Below are positions 1 to 8,928 of a stretch of 64,000 bases of DNA, piece by piece. The first letter of the stretch is position 1; every line of letters starts with the position of its first letter. Below the pieces are notes generated by a model. That model saw only the letters and a list, made by a program, of their open reading frames with translations, made no database searches and had not been told where the DNA came from. Position numbers and translations under genes: made by a program. The DNA comes from an uncultured Chloroflexia bacterium (GTDB lineage: Bacteria; Chloroflexota; Limnocylindria; Limnocylindrales; CSP1-4), in NCBI GenBank assembly GCA_963833225.1, contig CAWHXD010000006.1:160001-224000 (forward strand). The letters are read 5' to 3'.

Positions 1-700
1 GGTCCACGTCCATGACGAGCGCCCGAAGCACACCGAAGCGCTTCCCGGTCTCGTCGCCGGTACGGACCTCGCGGATCGACACCCGCTCGCCGAGCGCATC
101 GAGGGCCGAGGCGTCGAGCACGATCTCGCCCTTCTGGGCATGGTGCTCCGCCTCGGCGAGGTCGTCCATCATCCGGCCGGCGAGGACGTCGATCAGCTGG
201 ATGTCCGGGTCGCCAACCACGAACCGACGGGCGCCACCCACCGCGATCGCCACCTTCATCGCGAGCTGCACCGTGTTGCCGCCCGGCGTCGTGATCGTGC
301 CGGTGCGGGCGATCGCCTGCTGCATCGCGGTGGCCGCGGCGCAGGCCCGTGTTCCGTCGTCCGCGTCGATCCAGCACGTGATCGCGTCGCCGGCGAAGTA
401 GATGACGTTGCCGTCGTACGCGTCCAGCTCCTCGATCACCGCGTGGAAGACGCGCCCGATGTTGGCCGTGAGCTCCTCGGCGCCGCGCTGCGGGCCGAGC
501 TCGTCGGCCAGCGCCTCGGTGAGTGGCGTGAAGCCGCTGATGTCGGCGAACAGGGCGGAGCCTCGGACGCGATCCGGGAGCGCGTGGCCCGCGTGAAGGG
601 CGCGCCGCCGGTCCCGCGGGATGTAGGCATCCGGGCGGTCACGCGCGAGGTCCCAGGCACCACGGTGCGCGGTCAAACCCTGCGCGGCGGGGACGCTCAT
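1..700 (-). CDS. Class III adenylate/guanylate cyclase domain protein (5' part; runs off the left edge)
   Basis: Manual translation from ATG 700: MSVPAAQG...ALFADISGFTPLTE...VIYFAGDAITCW...MKVAIAVG, with the metal-binding Asp motifs of class III cyclases. Not in the ORF track because the stop lies outside the window. Confidence 0.85.
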   Translation of the reverse strand, partial: MSVPAAQGLTAHRGAWDLARDRPDAYIPRDRRRALHAGHALPDRVRGSALFADISGFTPLTEALADELGPQRGAEELTANIGRVFHAVIEELDAYDGNVIYFAGDAITCWIDADDGTRACAAATAMQQAIARTGTITTPGGNTVQLAMKVAIAVGGARRFVVGDPDIQLIDVLAGRMMDDLAEAEHHAQKGEIVLDASALDALGERVSIREVRTGDETGKRFGVLRALVMDVD

Positions 701-786
701 GCGCCCATTGTCGGTGTTTCAGGCCCGAGCGTCAGCACACGGCGTGGCCACCGATGCCGGGTGGATCGCGACTCCGACCGGGCGCC

Positions 787-1560
787 TCAGAGTTCCCGGC
801 GGCGGAACGCGGCGAATGCCCCGATCACACAGGCACCCACGATCACGGTCGTCCCCGCGATCGCGGTCGCCAGGTCGCCGGTGGCCACCCGCTCGCCCTG
901 GCCGGCGGCCATGAGAGCCGCGGGCAGGGACAGCCCGGTGGGCAGCACGTGGTCCAGCGCCGGGATCACCGCAAGGAGGCTCATGACGATCAGCGCCACG
1001 AAGCCCAGGCCCGCGGCCGCCGTCGTGGAGCCGGTCGCGGCCGACGCCAGGAAGGTCAGCGCGGCCCACGCCACCAGTGCCAGCCAGGCAAGCACCGCGA
1101 GCACGAGCCAGCCCGCGATGGGCAGTGGCTCGAACAGGATGGCCGTGTAGATCCATGCCACGCCGACCCCGAGCGCCGTGCCGACCCCGAGCACGACGGC
1201 GATCCCGCTGAGCTTCGCCATCAGGAACGCCGGGCGGGTGGCCGGCTGCGCGAGGACCAGCGCCGCGGTGCCCCGATCCAGCTCGCCGGACACGGAGCCC
1301 ATTGCCAGCGCGATCGCGGCGAGCGCCCCCATCTGGCTCATGTTCTTGAGCAGCTGCTCGATGGCCGTGGCCGCCGTGGGGTCCGGGAGCGTGACCGGGA
1401 GCTGGTCACCCAGCGCCATGACCAGGATCTCGTTGAGGTAGCGCGCGGTGAGCGGCGACAGGATGCCGACGATCAGGAACAGGATGGCCACCGCCGGGAG
1501 CCGCCGCGTCCGCCACGCCTCGAGCAGCTCCTTGCGCAGGAGCACGCCAAAGCCGTTCAT
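787..1560 (-). CDS. ABC-2 type transporter permease (YxlG-like)
   Basis: LLRKELLEAWRTRR start, about 6 TM helices, ELDRGTAALVLAQPATR motif; ATGA-coupled to the upstream ATPase. Confidence 0.88.
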   Translation of the reverse strand: MNGFGVLLRKELLEAWRTRRLPAVAILFLIVGILSPLTARYLNEILVMALGDQLPVTLPDPTAATAIEQLLKNMSQMGALAAIALAMGSVSGELDRGTAALVLAQPATRPAFLMAKLSGIAVVLGVGTALGVGVAWIYTAILFEPLPIAGWLVLAVLAWLALVAWAALTFLASAATGSTTAAAGLGFVALIVMSLLAVIPALDHVLPTGLSLPAALMAAGQGERVATGDLATAIAGTTVIVGACVIGAFAAFRRREL

Positions 1561-2936
1561 GCCACAGCCTCCGGCTGGTCACCCGTCAGCTGCAGGAACA
1601 CGTCCTCCAGGGTGGGCCTGGCGCGCGCCACCGACACGACGGCGACACCGGCGGCGGCGATCGCCTGCAGCAGCTCACGCGAGGCCCGTGCTGGGTCCGC
1701 CACCGCCACGGTGAGCAGGCCATGCTCGACGGCCGCACCGGTGACCCAGTCGACGGCCTGGAGGCGCCTGGCGAGCTCCTGGAGCTCGTTCACCTGGCCT
1801 GGCTCCGCCTCCACGCGGTAGACCGGCAGCGCGTAGCGGTCCAGGAGCTCCGCGAGGGCGCCCTCGACGACGAGCCGGCCCCGGTCCAGGATCGCCACGC
1901 GATCGCAGATCCGCTCGACGTCCGCGAGGACGTGGGTGCTGAACAGGACGGTGGCCTCGCCACGGAGCGACGCGATCAGGTCCAGGACGTCCCGGCGACC
2001 CCCGGGATCAAGCGAGCTCGCAGGCTCGTCCAGGATCATGACGGGCGGGTGGTGGACGAGCGCGCCCGCGATTCCGAGTCGCTGGCGCATGCCTCCCGAG
2101 TAGGTTCCCGCCCGGCGATCCGCGGCGGCGCCCAGGTCCACACGGTCGAGCGCGGTCTCGACCGCGGCGGACAGATCCGAACCGCGGAGCCCGTGGAGGC
2201 GACCCAGCATGGCGACCTGCTCGCGGCCGGTCATCCAGCCGTAGGCGCGCGGATCCTGCTCGAGGTAGCCGAGGCCGCGCCGCACGCCGAGCGGATCCTC
2301 CGCGACCACGAGGCCGTTGACGATCGCGCGCCCAGCGGTCGGACGGGTGAGGCCGGCAAGCAGCCGGAGGGTGGTGGTCTTGCCGGCACCGTTGGGGCCC
2401 AGCAGGCCGAACACGGACCCGTTGGGCACGGTCAGCACCAGCCGGTCGAGCGCGAGCACACCGCCCGGGTACCGACGGGTCAGCCCTTCGATGACGATCA
2501 CCGCCGGGCCCGCGGGTGTCGATGGCGGCGGTGTCCCGACGGCGACCGGGTCGACCCGGGCACCGCCGACGGTCCCCCCGGCCGACACGTCCGACGGGCC
2601 ACCGGGTGCGGCCTGGCCGGCACCGGGACCCGTGACGATCGGTGGGTCGTGCGGGCTGCCCCAACCCGGGGCGGCGACGGATCCGGAAGAAGTGTCCTCG
2701 GGTGACCTGTCCACGCGCCCGGCCAGGAAATACAGGATCGGGCCGATCATGTTGACGAACACGATGATCACGGCCCACACGCCCTTGTTGCCGCCGCGGA
2801 CCCGGCGGTCGTCGCGCAGGAGGTCGACGACCGCGGCGACCAGCAGGCCCAGCTGGAGCACCACCAGGGGGACAAGGAGCAGCAGGATCGTCGGGTCGAA
2901 GCCGTCCAGTGAGAAGCCGCCCAGCGAGTGGTTCAT
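1557..2936 (-). CDS. ABC transporter ATP-binding protein with N-terminal PLDc_N (YxlE-like) membrane hairpin
   Basis: Walker A GPNGAGKTT, signature YSGGMRQR, Walker B ILDEP. N-terminus VDLLRDDRRVRGGNKGVWAVIIVFVNMIGPILYF is PLDc_N-like. Start ATG 2936 overlaps the sdpI stop. Confidence 0.88.
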   Translation of the reverse strand: MNHSLGGFSLDGFDPTILLLLVPLVVLQLGLLVAAVVDLLRDDRRVRGGNKGVWAVIIVFVNMIGPILYFLAGRVDRSPEDTSSGSVAAPGWGSPHDPPIVTGPGAGQAAPGGPSDVSAGGTVGGARVDPVAVGTPPPSTPAGPAVIVIEGLTRRYPGGVLALDRLVLTVPNGSVFGLLGPNGAGKTTTLRLLAGLTRPTAGRAIVNGLVVAEDPLGVRRGLGYLEQDPRAYGWMTGREQVAMLGRLHGLRGSDLSAAVETALDRVDLGAAADRRAGTYSGGMRQRLGIAGALVHHPPVMILDEPASSLDPGGRRDVLDLIASLRGEATVLFSTHVLADVERICDRVAILDRGRLVVEGALAELLDRYALPVYRVEAEPGQVNELQELARRLQAVDWVTGAAVEHGLLTVAVADPARASRELLQAIAAAGVAVVSVARARPTLEDVFLQLTGDQPEAVA

Positions 2937-3610
2937 GCGTCGTCCCCGGTCGGGCGCCGGTCGGGATCGGCGCGCCACTCCCGGTACGAGTACCCGAACG
3001 CGCCGACGATGGTCGCGATCAGCATCCCGGCCATGACCGCGAGCACCAGGGGCAGCTGGCCAGTGAGTGCGGCGGCGATCATCAGCAGGCCCGTCACCAC
3101 GAACAGCCGGCCAACGAGCCGGTGGGTTCGCTCCCACGAGCGCTCGCTGGTGAGCGTCCAGGGCGTCCGCACGCCGAACATGAAGTTGCTGCGGACCGTC
3201 CCCAGGACGTTGCCGATCAGGGCGATCAGGACACCGCCGCCCATGCCCACGACCAGCCCGATCGGGACGGCCACGCCCACGCCGGCAAGCACGGTGGTGA
3301 GGTGGATCACCCCGAAGAACAGGACCAGCGTGATCGCCATCGTCCGGTAGGCGCTCGCGGACCGCCGCAGGTGTTCCCTGCGCGGCTCCACCCGCGGGAC
3401 CAGTGCCATCAGGCCGATGGTCGCGGTCGTTGCCACGGGCATGATCAGGAACCCGACGAGCGCGGGAGCGAACCCGTCGGCCTGGCCATCCGCGTTCCAG
3501 TGGATCGGTACCGACGCATCGAAGCCGACGGCGATGAGGCCCCAGGCAGTGATCGCGGCCTCGAGGGCGATGACCACCCCGCCGGCCGTGTAGAAGCGCC
3601 GGAGGTTCAC
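2933..3610 (-). CDS. sdpI: SdpI family immunity protein (DUF1648 + SdpI)
   Basis: VPIHWNADGQADG (DUF1648) and NFMFGVRTPWTLTSERSWERTHR (SdpI); GTG 3610 overlaps the regulator stop. Confidence 0.85.
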   Translation of the reverse strand: MNLRRFYTAGGVVIALEAAITAWGLIAVGFDASVPIHWNADGQADGFAPALVGFLIMPVATTATIGLMALVPRVEPRREHLRRSASAYRTMAITLVLFFGVIHLTTVLAGVGVAVPIGLVVGMGGGVLIALIGNVLGTVRSNFMFGVRTPWTLTSERSWERTHRLVGRLFVVTGLLMIAAALTGQLPLVLAVMAGMLIATIVGAFGYSYREWRADPDRRPTGDDA

Positions 3611-3885
3611 TGGCTGGCCTCCGTGGGGTCGATCCCGAAGGTGTCGAAGAGGGCCATCAGAGCCTCCTGCAGGACGGTCTGGTTGAGACGGTAGGTCACG
3701 CTGGTGCCGGCACGCTCGGCCTGGACGAGCCCAGCCTCGCGAAGGACCGCGAAATGGCCGGACATCGTCGGCCACGAGAGCTCGAACTGGCCGGCGAGCT
3801 CGCCGGCGGTCATCGGGCGCTCCCGGAGGAGGCCCAGGATCCGGCGGCGCGTCGGATCCGCGAGGGCCTTGTAGACACGGTTCGT
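3607..3885 (-). CDS. sdpR: ArsR-family autorepressor SdpR-like, probable ACG start
   Basis: (T)NRVYKALADPTRRRILGLLRERPMTAGELAGQFELSWPTMSGHFAVLREAGLV; AGGAG lies 7 nt upstream of ACG 3885. Confidence 0.85.
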   Translation of the reverse strand, partial: TNRVYKALADPTRRRILGLLRERPMTAGELAGQFELSWPTMSGHFAVLREAGLVQAERAGTSVTYRLNQTVLQEALMALFDTFGIDPTEASQ

Positions 3886-4058
3886 GGCGCGGCTCCTGTT
3901 TCGTCGAGCGACTTGTTAGGCAGCTAGCAAAATAGCACCGGGCGTCAACGCGCGTCGAGCCACGTTCTGGGGGGAGACCGCACGCCTACGCTGCTAGACT
4001 CCGGGTGCCGCGGACATGTCCCGTCGCGGCGATCCCACGACGTCCCCGGAGGCGCACC

Positions 4059-4880
4059 ATGACCGACGACCGCGAGCGCTGGGCCCTGATCCTTGGAGCT
4101 TCCTCCGGGATGGGCGAGGCCACCGCGCTCGCCCTGGCGGGTGCCGGCTACCGGATCTGCGGCGTCCACCTGGACTTCCGGGCTGCGCTGGCGCACGTCG
4201 AGGAGATCAAGGCCAAGATCGGCGAGCTTGGCTCCGAGGCGCTGTACTTCAACATGAACGCGGCGGACGACGACAAGCGGCATGCCGCCCTCACGACCCT
4301 CCGCGAGCGATTCGACCAGTCGGTCGCGGCCGGCGGGCATCCGTACGTCCGCGTGGTCATGCACTCGCTCGCCTTCGGCTCGCTGGTGCCGTTCCTGGCC
4401 GAGGACCCCAAGGGTGCCGTCGACCGCAAGAAGATGGAGATGACCCAGGACGTCATGGCCAACAGCCTCGTCTACTGGGTCCAGGACCTGTGGCGGAGCG
4501 GCTTCCTCGAGCGGGGATCGCGGATCTTCTCGATGACGTCGGAGGGGTCCAGCCGCGTCGTTCCCAGCTACGGGGTCGTGTCGTCGGCCAAGGCCGCGCT
4601 CGAGTCGCACACCCGGCAGCTGGCCATGGAGCTCGCCCGGCTCGGGACGGGAGTCACGGCCAACACCATCCGGGCGGGCGTCACGCGCACGCCGGCGCTG
4701 ATGAAGATCCCCGAGCGGGACGCAATCATCGAGGCGGCGACCCGCCGCAACCCCACGGGGCGAATGACAACGCCCCAGGATGTGGCGAGCACGATCCTCG
4801 CGCTCTCGGGCGAGGGGACCGACTTCATCAACGGCGAGATCATCGGCGTCGATGGCGGCGAGTTCATCACCGGCTCATAG
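4059..4880 (+). CDS. SDR oxidoreductase, enoyl-ACP reductase (FabL/FabI-like)
   Basis: LILGASSGMG Rossmann motif, YGVVSSAK (YxxxxxxK) catalytic motif, NPTGRMTTPQDVA, VDGG; GGAGG RBS. Confidence 0.8.
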   Translation: MTDDRERWALILGASSGMGEATALALAGAGYRICGVHLDFRAALAHVEEIKAKIGELGSEALYFNMNAADDDKRHAALTTLRERFDQSVAAGGHPYVRVVMHSLAFGSLVPFLAEDPKGAVDRKKMEMTQDVMANSLVYWVQDLWRSGFLERGSRIFSMTSEGSSRVVPSYGVVSSAKAALESHTRQLAMELARLGTGVTANTIRAGVTRTPALMKIPERDAIIEAATRRNPTGRMTTPQDVASTILALSGEGTDFINGEIIGVDGGEFITGS

Positions 4881-4924
4881 GCAGCGGCCCGCGGCGCGGG
4901 CGGAAAGGAGATGGAGGCGGACCG

Positions 4925-5968
4925 ATGAGCGGTCGGGTGCTGGTCGTCGGGTCGGTCAACGTCGACCTCGTGGTCCAGACGGAGCGTCTGCCGCTGCCCG
5001 GCGAGACGGTCATGGGCGGCACGTTCAGCCGGTTCCACGGCGGCAAGGGTGGCAACCAGGCGGTCGCGGCCGCCCGCCTTGGCGTGCCCGTGATGCTGGT
5101 CGCGGCGCTGGGTGACGATGAGTTCGCCGGCGACGCACGGGCCGCGCTCGCCCGTGAAGGGATCGGCACGGATGTCCTGGTCACCCTGGACCGCACGGCG
5201 ACGGGCGTGGCCCTGATCCTCGTGGACGCCAAGGCAGAGAACCAGATCGCGGTTGCGCCCGGGGCGAACGCCGGCCTCACGGCCGCTCACGTGCGCGAGG
5301 CCCTCGGGCGGCTCAATCCGCACGCCGGTGACGCGGTCATCGTCACCCACGAGATCTCAACCGCCGCCGCGCGCGAGGCACTGCGCATCGGTCGCCAGGG
5401 TGGCGCGTGGACCATCCTCAATCCGGCGCCCGCCGATGGCTTGGACCGGACCGTGATCTCGCTGGCCGACGTCGTCGTTCCCAACCGGGGTGAGCTCGCG
5501 CGTCTTGTCGCGGACGATGCGCGGCGCTCCGGCCGGACGGCCCCGGGTCCCGACGAGCCCGTCAAGGCCGCCCGCATGCTCCTCGAGACGACGAGCGAGG
5601 GACCCGGGGCGGGCAAGGCGATTCTCGTGTCGCTGGGGTCGGCCGGGGCGGTCCTCGTCCGCCGCGACGGCCCCGCGATCGACATCAAGGCCCCCAGGGT
5701 GAAGGCAATCGATGCCACGGGCGCGGGTGATGCGCTCAATGGGGCGCTGGCCGCCGCGCTTGCCACGGGGCTGGACCTCGAGGCGGCGGCGCGTCGAGCG
5801 GTGGTTGCCGCCAGCGTGTCCGTCACGCGGGCGGGTGCTCGTGAGGGCTACCCGACACTTGACGAGCTGGCGATCGCGCTCGGCCAGACGCCGCCGTCAC
5901 AGCTCCGTGCCGAGGCAGAGGCCGCCGCGCGGGCGGAGGCGGAGACCGAGTCGACCGGGTCGGCCTGA
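4925..5968 (+). CDS. rbsK: Ribokinase (PfkB family)
   Basis: VVGSVNVDL, PGETV, GGKGGNQAVAAARLG, ILNPAPA, DATGAGDALNG. Confidence 0.9.
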   Translation: MSGRVLVVGSVNVDLVVQTERLPLPGETVMGGTFSRFHGGKGGNQAVAAARLGVPVMLVAALGDDEFAGDARAALAREGIGTDVLVTLDRTATGVALILVDAKAENQIAVAPGANAGLTAAHVREALGRLNPHAGDAVIVTHEISTAAAREALRIGRQGGAWTILNPAPADGLDRTVISLADVVVPNRGELARLVADDARRSGRTAPGPDEPVKAARMLLETTSEGPGAGKAILVSLGSAGAVLVRRDGPAIDIKAPRVKAIDATGAGDALNGALAAALATGLDLEAAARRAVVAASVSVTRAGAREGYPTLDELAIALGQTPPSQLRAEAEAAARAEAETESTGSA

Positions 5969-5970
5969 CC

Positions 5971-7011
5971 CTAGCCGAGCCGGTGCTCGGCCGCCCAGGC
6001 CGTCCTGACGCGCGCCTCCGGGGTCATCCCCAGGCGGCCGTTGTCGTCCACCCACCACGCGGCCACGCCGCGCGCCCGGGCATCGTCGGCGATGCCGTCG
6101 TGTCCGGCAAGGAACAGGGCCTTGCTCCAGACCTCCGCCCAGGCCGGGTCGGGGGCGGCCACGGTCACGGCGATCAGCCCGGTGCGAGCTGGGTCGCCCG
6201 TGCGCGGGTCCACCAGGTGGTGCACGGCCATCCCATCCGGTCCAACCCAGTTCCGGACCCGGACGGACGACGTTGCGACGGCACCCGCCCCCACGGCCAC
6301 GACCACTACCGGGTCGGCGCTCGCAGGATCCGGCGCGGCGGGATCCTCGACCCCGACCTGCCAGCCATCGGCCGGCGCCTCGCCACCAGCCACGAGGTCG
6401 CCACCCGCATCGAGCAGCAGCCCCGCACCGGGCTCCAGCGCTCCGAGCGCCCGATCGCGAGCCCAGCGAAGGGCGAGCCCCTTGCCGATCCCGCCCAGGT
6501 CGACCGGAATGGAAGGCACATGGACGAGCCGGCCGGCGTCAGTGGAACCCTGGGGGTCAGGCGCGGCCGCGGGCAACGCATCGAGCCGCGATTGCGCGTC
6601 GCCATCACCCGGCGCCAGGTCCGCGCCGTGCTCGCCGATCCGTTCCAGCGCCCCCAGCACGGAGGCGTCGAACCGTCCGTCGGTCACGCGAGCCGCCCGG
6701 TCGATCGCGGCGAGCGCCCTGCGCAGGCGCCATGAGACGCGGACGATCTGTCCGCTGCCGGCGAGCCGGTTGATGCGCGTGAGCTCCGAGTCGTCGCGGA
6801 ACCGCGAGAGGGCAAGGTCAACCGCGTCGAACTCGGATCGAACCTCCGCCCATGCGCGGTCGGCGGCGGCCAGCGCCGCGGCCGAGGCGGGCTCAGGAAG
6901 CCGGACCGTCATTCGGAGCGCGGATCCGAGCGCGCGCGCCGCGAAGGCGACGGTCCGATCTGGACCGTCGCCTTCGAGTGGAGGAGCCCCGGCAGGTGGG
7001 ATGAAGTTGAT
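5971..7011 (-). CDS. apbE: FAD:protein FMN transferase (ApbE)
   Basis: LSRFRDDSELTRIN, TDGRFDASV, DLGGIGKG, DAGGD, ATSS, HHLVDPRTG. Start uncertain: ATC 7011 after GAGG, or ATG 6912. Confidence 0.9.
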   Translation of the reverse strand: MNFIPPAGAPPLEGDGPDRTVAFAARALGSALRMTVRLPEPASAAALAAADRAWAEVRSEFDAVDLALSRFRDDSELTRINRLAGSGQIVRVSWRLRRALAAIDRAARVTDGRFDASVLGALERIGEHGADLAPGDGDAQSRLDALPAAAPDPQGSTDAGRLVHVPSIPVDLGGIGKGLALRWARDRALGALEPGAGLLLDAGGDLVAGGEAPADGWQVGVEDPAAPDPASADPVVVVAVGAGAVATSSVRVRNWVGPDGMAVHHLVDPRTGDPARTGLIAVTVAAPDPAWAEVWSKALFLAGHDGIADDARARGVAAWWVDDNGRLGMTPEARVRTAWAAEHRLG

Positions 7012-7018
7012 CGCGGCC

Positions 7019-7579
7019 TCAGCCTCCGGACGCACCGGACTTGCCGGAGGTCTTCGGGGCAGAGCCTCCGCCGCCGCCGCCGCTCGAGATCGGGCCGCGA
7101 ATGGACACCGTCGGCAGCTTGATCCGGGCCGGAAGGGCCGCGGCCGAGCCCTGGACTTCGGCAACCAGGGCCGCCAGGCTGTCCAGCCGCGCCTGGTAGG
7201 CCGCAACATCGGCCCCCGTTGCCCCGTAATCGGTGATCAGCGCGCTGATGGAGCCGTTCGCGGCCTGGATCCGGGCCGCCAGCGCGTCGTTCGCGGCCTT
7301 CGACGTGGCGACCGCCTGGAGCAGCGGCTCCCGGGTCGCGGCGATCGAGGCGTCGTCCCGAGCCTGGAGGACGGAGATCCCGGCCAGCGTCGCGGCGTAC
7401 ATGGCCGCCGAGGCACCGATCAGCATCCCGGCCCGGGCGGGCATCGAGAGGATGGTCTCGTGCCGCGCGACGGTCGGACGATCGATCGCCCGCGGCACGG
7501 CGATGGGACTCTCGGTCGCGCCGGCCGCCGGTCGACGGCGGACTCCAACGCCGATGGCGGGGAGGGCGCGCTCAGTCAT
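7019..7579 (-). CDS. Membrane-anchored coiled-coil protein with C-terminal SGAS tail (candidate flavinylation substrate)
   Basis: One hydrophobic segment, Ala/Leu heptad region, Pro/Gly linker, ends APKTSGKSGASGG; overlaps the upstream gene's stop. Confidence 0.7.
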   Translation of the reverse strand: MTERALPAIGVGVRRRPAAGATESPIAVPRAIDRPTVARHETILSMPARAGMLIGASAAMYAATLAGISVLQARDDASIAATREPLLQAVATSKAANDALAARIQAANGSISALITDYGATGADVAAYQARLDSLAALVAEVQGSAAALPARIKLPTVSIRGPISSGGGGGGSAPKTSGKSGASGG

Positions 7580-8081
7580 CGTCCCGCTCCCCACCGCCGC
7601 CACCACCACCGCCGCCCCCGCCGCCACCACCACTGCTGCGCCTCGCGGCGGCCTGGCGATTGAGCGCGGCCTGGCGGGTCGCCGCGCGATTGAGCGCGTC
7701 GAGGCGGCCCTGCGCGGACTTGAGCTGCTTCTGCATCTTGGTGAGCTTGTCCTTGGCGGCCGCCAGCTGGTCCTGGAGCAGCGTGGCGCTCTCGGTGTCA
7801 CTGTCCATGGAGCCATTGGCCGCGATCAGCGCGGCCTGGAGGTCTGACACCTGCGTCGCCACGCCGCCGATCTGCGCCTCGAGGTCTGCGGCGCGCCCGG
7901 ATTCGGCCGCGTACTGGTCGTTGATCGTGCTCAGGCTCACCGGAGACGTGTCGAGGGGCGCTTCCGCCACCCGCCATTCGGACGCGAGCTGGACGGTGTA
8001 CGCGCCAACGCCGATCACGGCGGCGGTCGCGGCGAGCACGAGCGCGCGTCGTGCGATCCTGGTGAGCAGGTCCCTGGACAT
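7572..8081 (-). CDS. Membrane-anchored or secreted coiled-coil protein with poly-Gly/acidic tail
   Basis: MSRDLLTRIARRALVLAATAAVIGVG then LEAQIGGVATQVSDLQAAL...LTKMQKQLKSAQGRLDAL; TGATG-coupled to the upstream gene. Confidence 0.72.
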   Translation of the reverse strand: MSRDLLTRIARRALVLAATAAVIGVGAYTVQLASEWRVAEAPLDTSPVSLSTINDQYAAESGRAADLEAQIGGVATQVSDLQAALIAANGSMDSDTESATLLQDQLAAAKDKLTKMQKQLKSAQGRLDALNRAATRQAALNRQAAARRSSGGGGGGGGGGGGGGERDDD

Positions 8082-8788
8082 CAGGACTCCTCCACGGTGA
8101 CGGTTGCCGGCCGGGGCCGGACGAGGGACATGGACGACGTTGCCGGCTCCTCGACGCGCCGCGGGCGAGCCTTCGCGGTCCACCAGCGATGGGCGACGCC
8201 CAGGAGGATCGGCACGCCGGTCGCCACGTACAGCGGCATGAGCGCGCCGCCGTCCGTGCCGGCAAGGACGCTGTGCACCCACGTGAGCAGGAACGTCAGC
8301 GCCGAGAGACGATGGATCTTGAGCCACCACCCGTCGGGCAGGAGCTTGGTCCACTTGGCGGTGATCGCGGTGACGAGCATCGCGTACGCGGTCAGCGTTC
8401 CGATTGCGATGGCGGGTGTCCGGTACTCGGACAGGCCCGGGACCAGCGCGCCGAGCCAGCCGACCTTGGCGAACGGGTCGATCGCCATCAGGACGATGTG
8501 CAGGATGAGGAACGCCCAGACGAAGACGGTGAGCAGCTCGTGCCACGGAACGACCTGGCGGGTCGTCCGCCAGGCTGCGGTATTGCGCGGGTGGCTGAGG
8601 ACGAGGCCAAGGCCCACCTGGAGGGTGAGCAGGAGGTAGGCAGTCACCCCGAGTGCGCGCGCGGCGATCCACGGTCGCAGCTCGAGGACCCGGGGATCAG
8701 CTGCGGGGAGCACCTGGTCGGTGACGGCCAGCGCCACGAGGGCGACCACGGCCCCGATGGCGACGAGCGTGATGGCGCCGATGCGCAT
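8081..8788 (-). CDS. Ferric-reductase-like transmembrane (MsrQ-like) cytochrome b
   Basis: About 6 TM helices with four His in two pairs (WHE...ILHI; KIHR...WVHS) as in heme-b ligands; GGAGG RBS before ATG 8788. Confidence 0.8.
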   Translation of the reverse strand: MRIGAITLVAIGAVVALVALAVTDQVLPAADPRVLELRPWIAARALGVTAYLLLTLQVGLGLVLSHPRNTAAWRTTRQVVPWHELLTVFVWAFLILHIVLMAIDPFAKVGWLGALVPGLSEYRTPAIAIGTLTAYAMLVTAITAKWTKLLPDGWWLKIHRLSALTFLLTWVHSVLAGTDGGALMPLYVATGVPILLGVAHRWWTAKARPRRVEEPATSSMSLVRPRPATVTVEES

Positions 8789-8892
8789 GCCTGGACCTCC
8801 GTGGCGTCTCCGCATGGTGTGGTACGACTCCGAGGCAGCCCAGCACCCGAAGGTTTCACCTCGACCGGCGCCGTTGGTCCCCCGCCCACCCC

Positions 8893-8919
8893 GTACCAGC
8901 CGGCGGGCGCCGCTGGTAC
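8893..8919 (-). terminator. GC hairpin downstream of the metal-binding protein gene (possible terminator)
   Basis: GTACCAGC-N11-GCTGGTAC about 10 nt past the stop; no U-tract. Confidence 0.35.
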
Positions 8920-8928
8920 CCGGGCTCG

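Noticed and set aside
8820-8860. SigW-like ECF promoter (TGAAAC...CGTA) for the flavinylation module
   Set aside because: The spacer is 26 nt instead of about 16.
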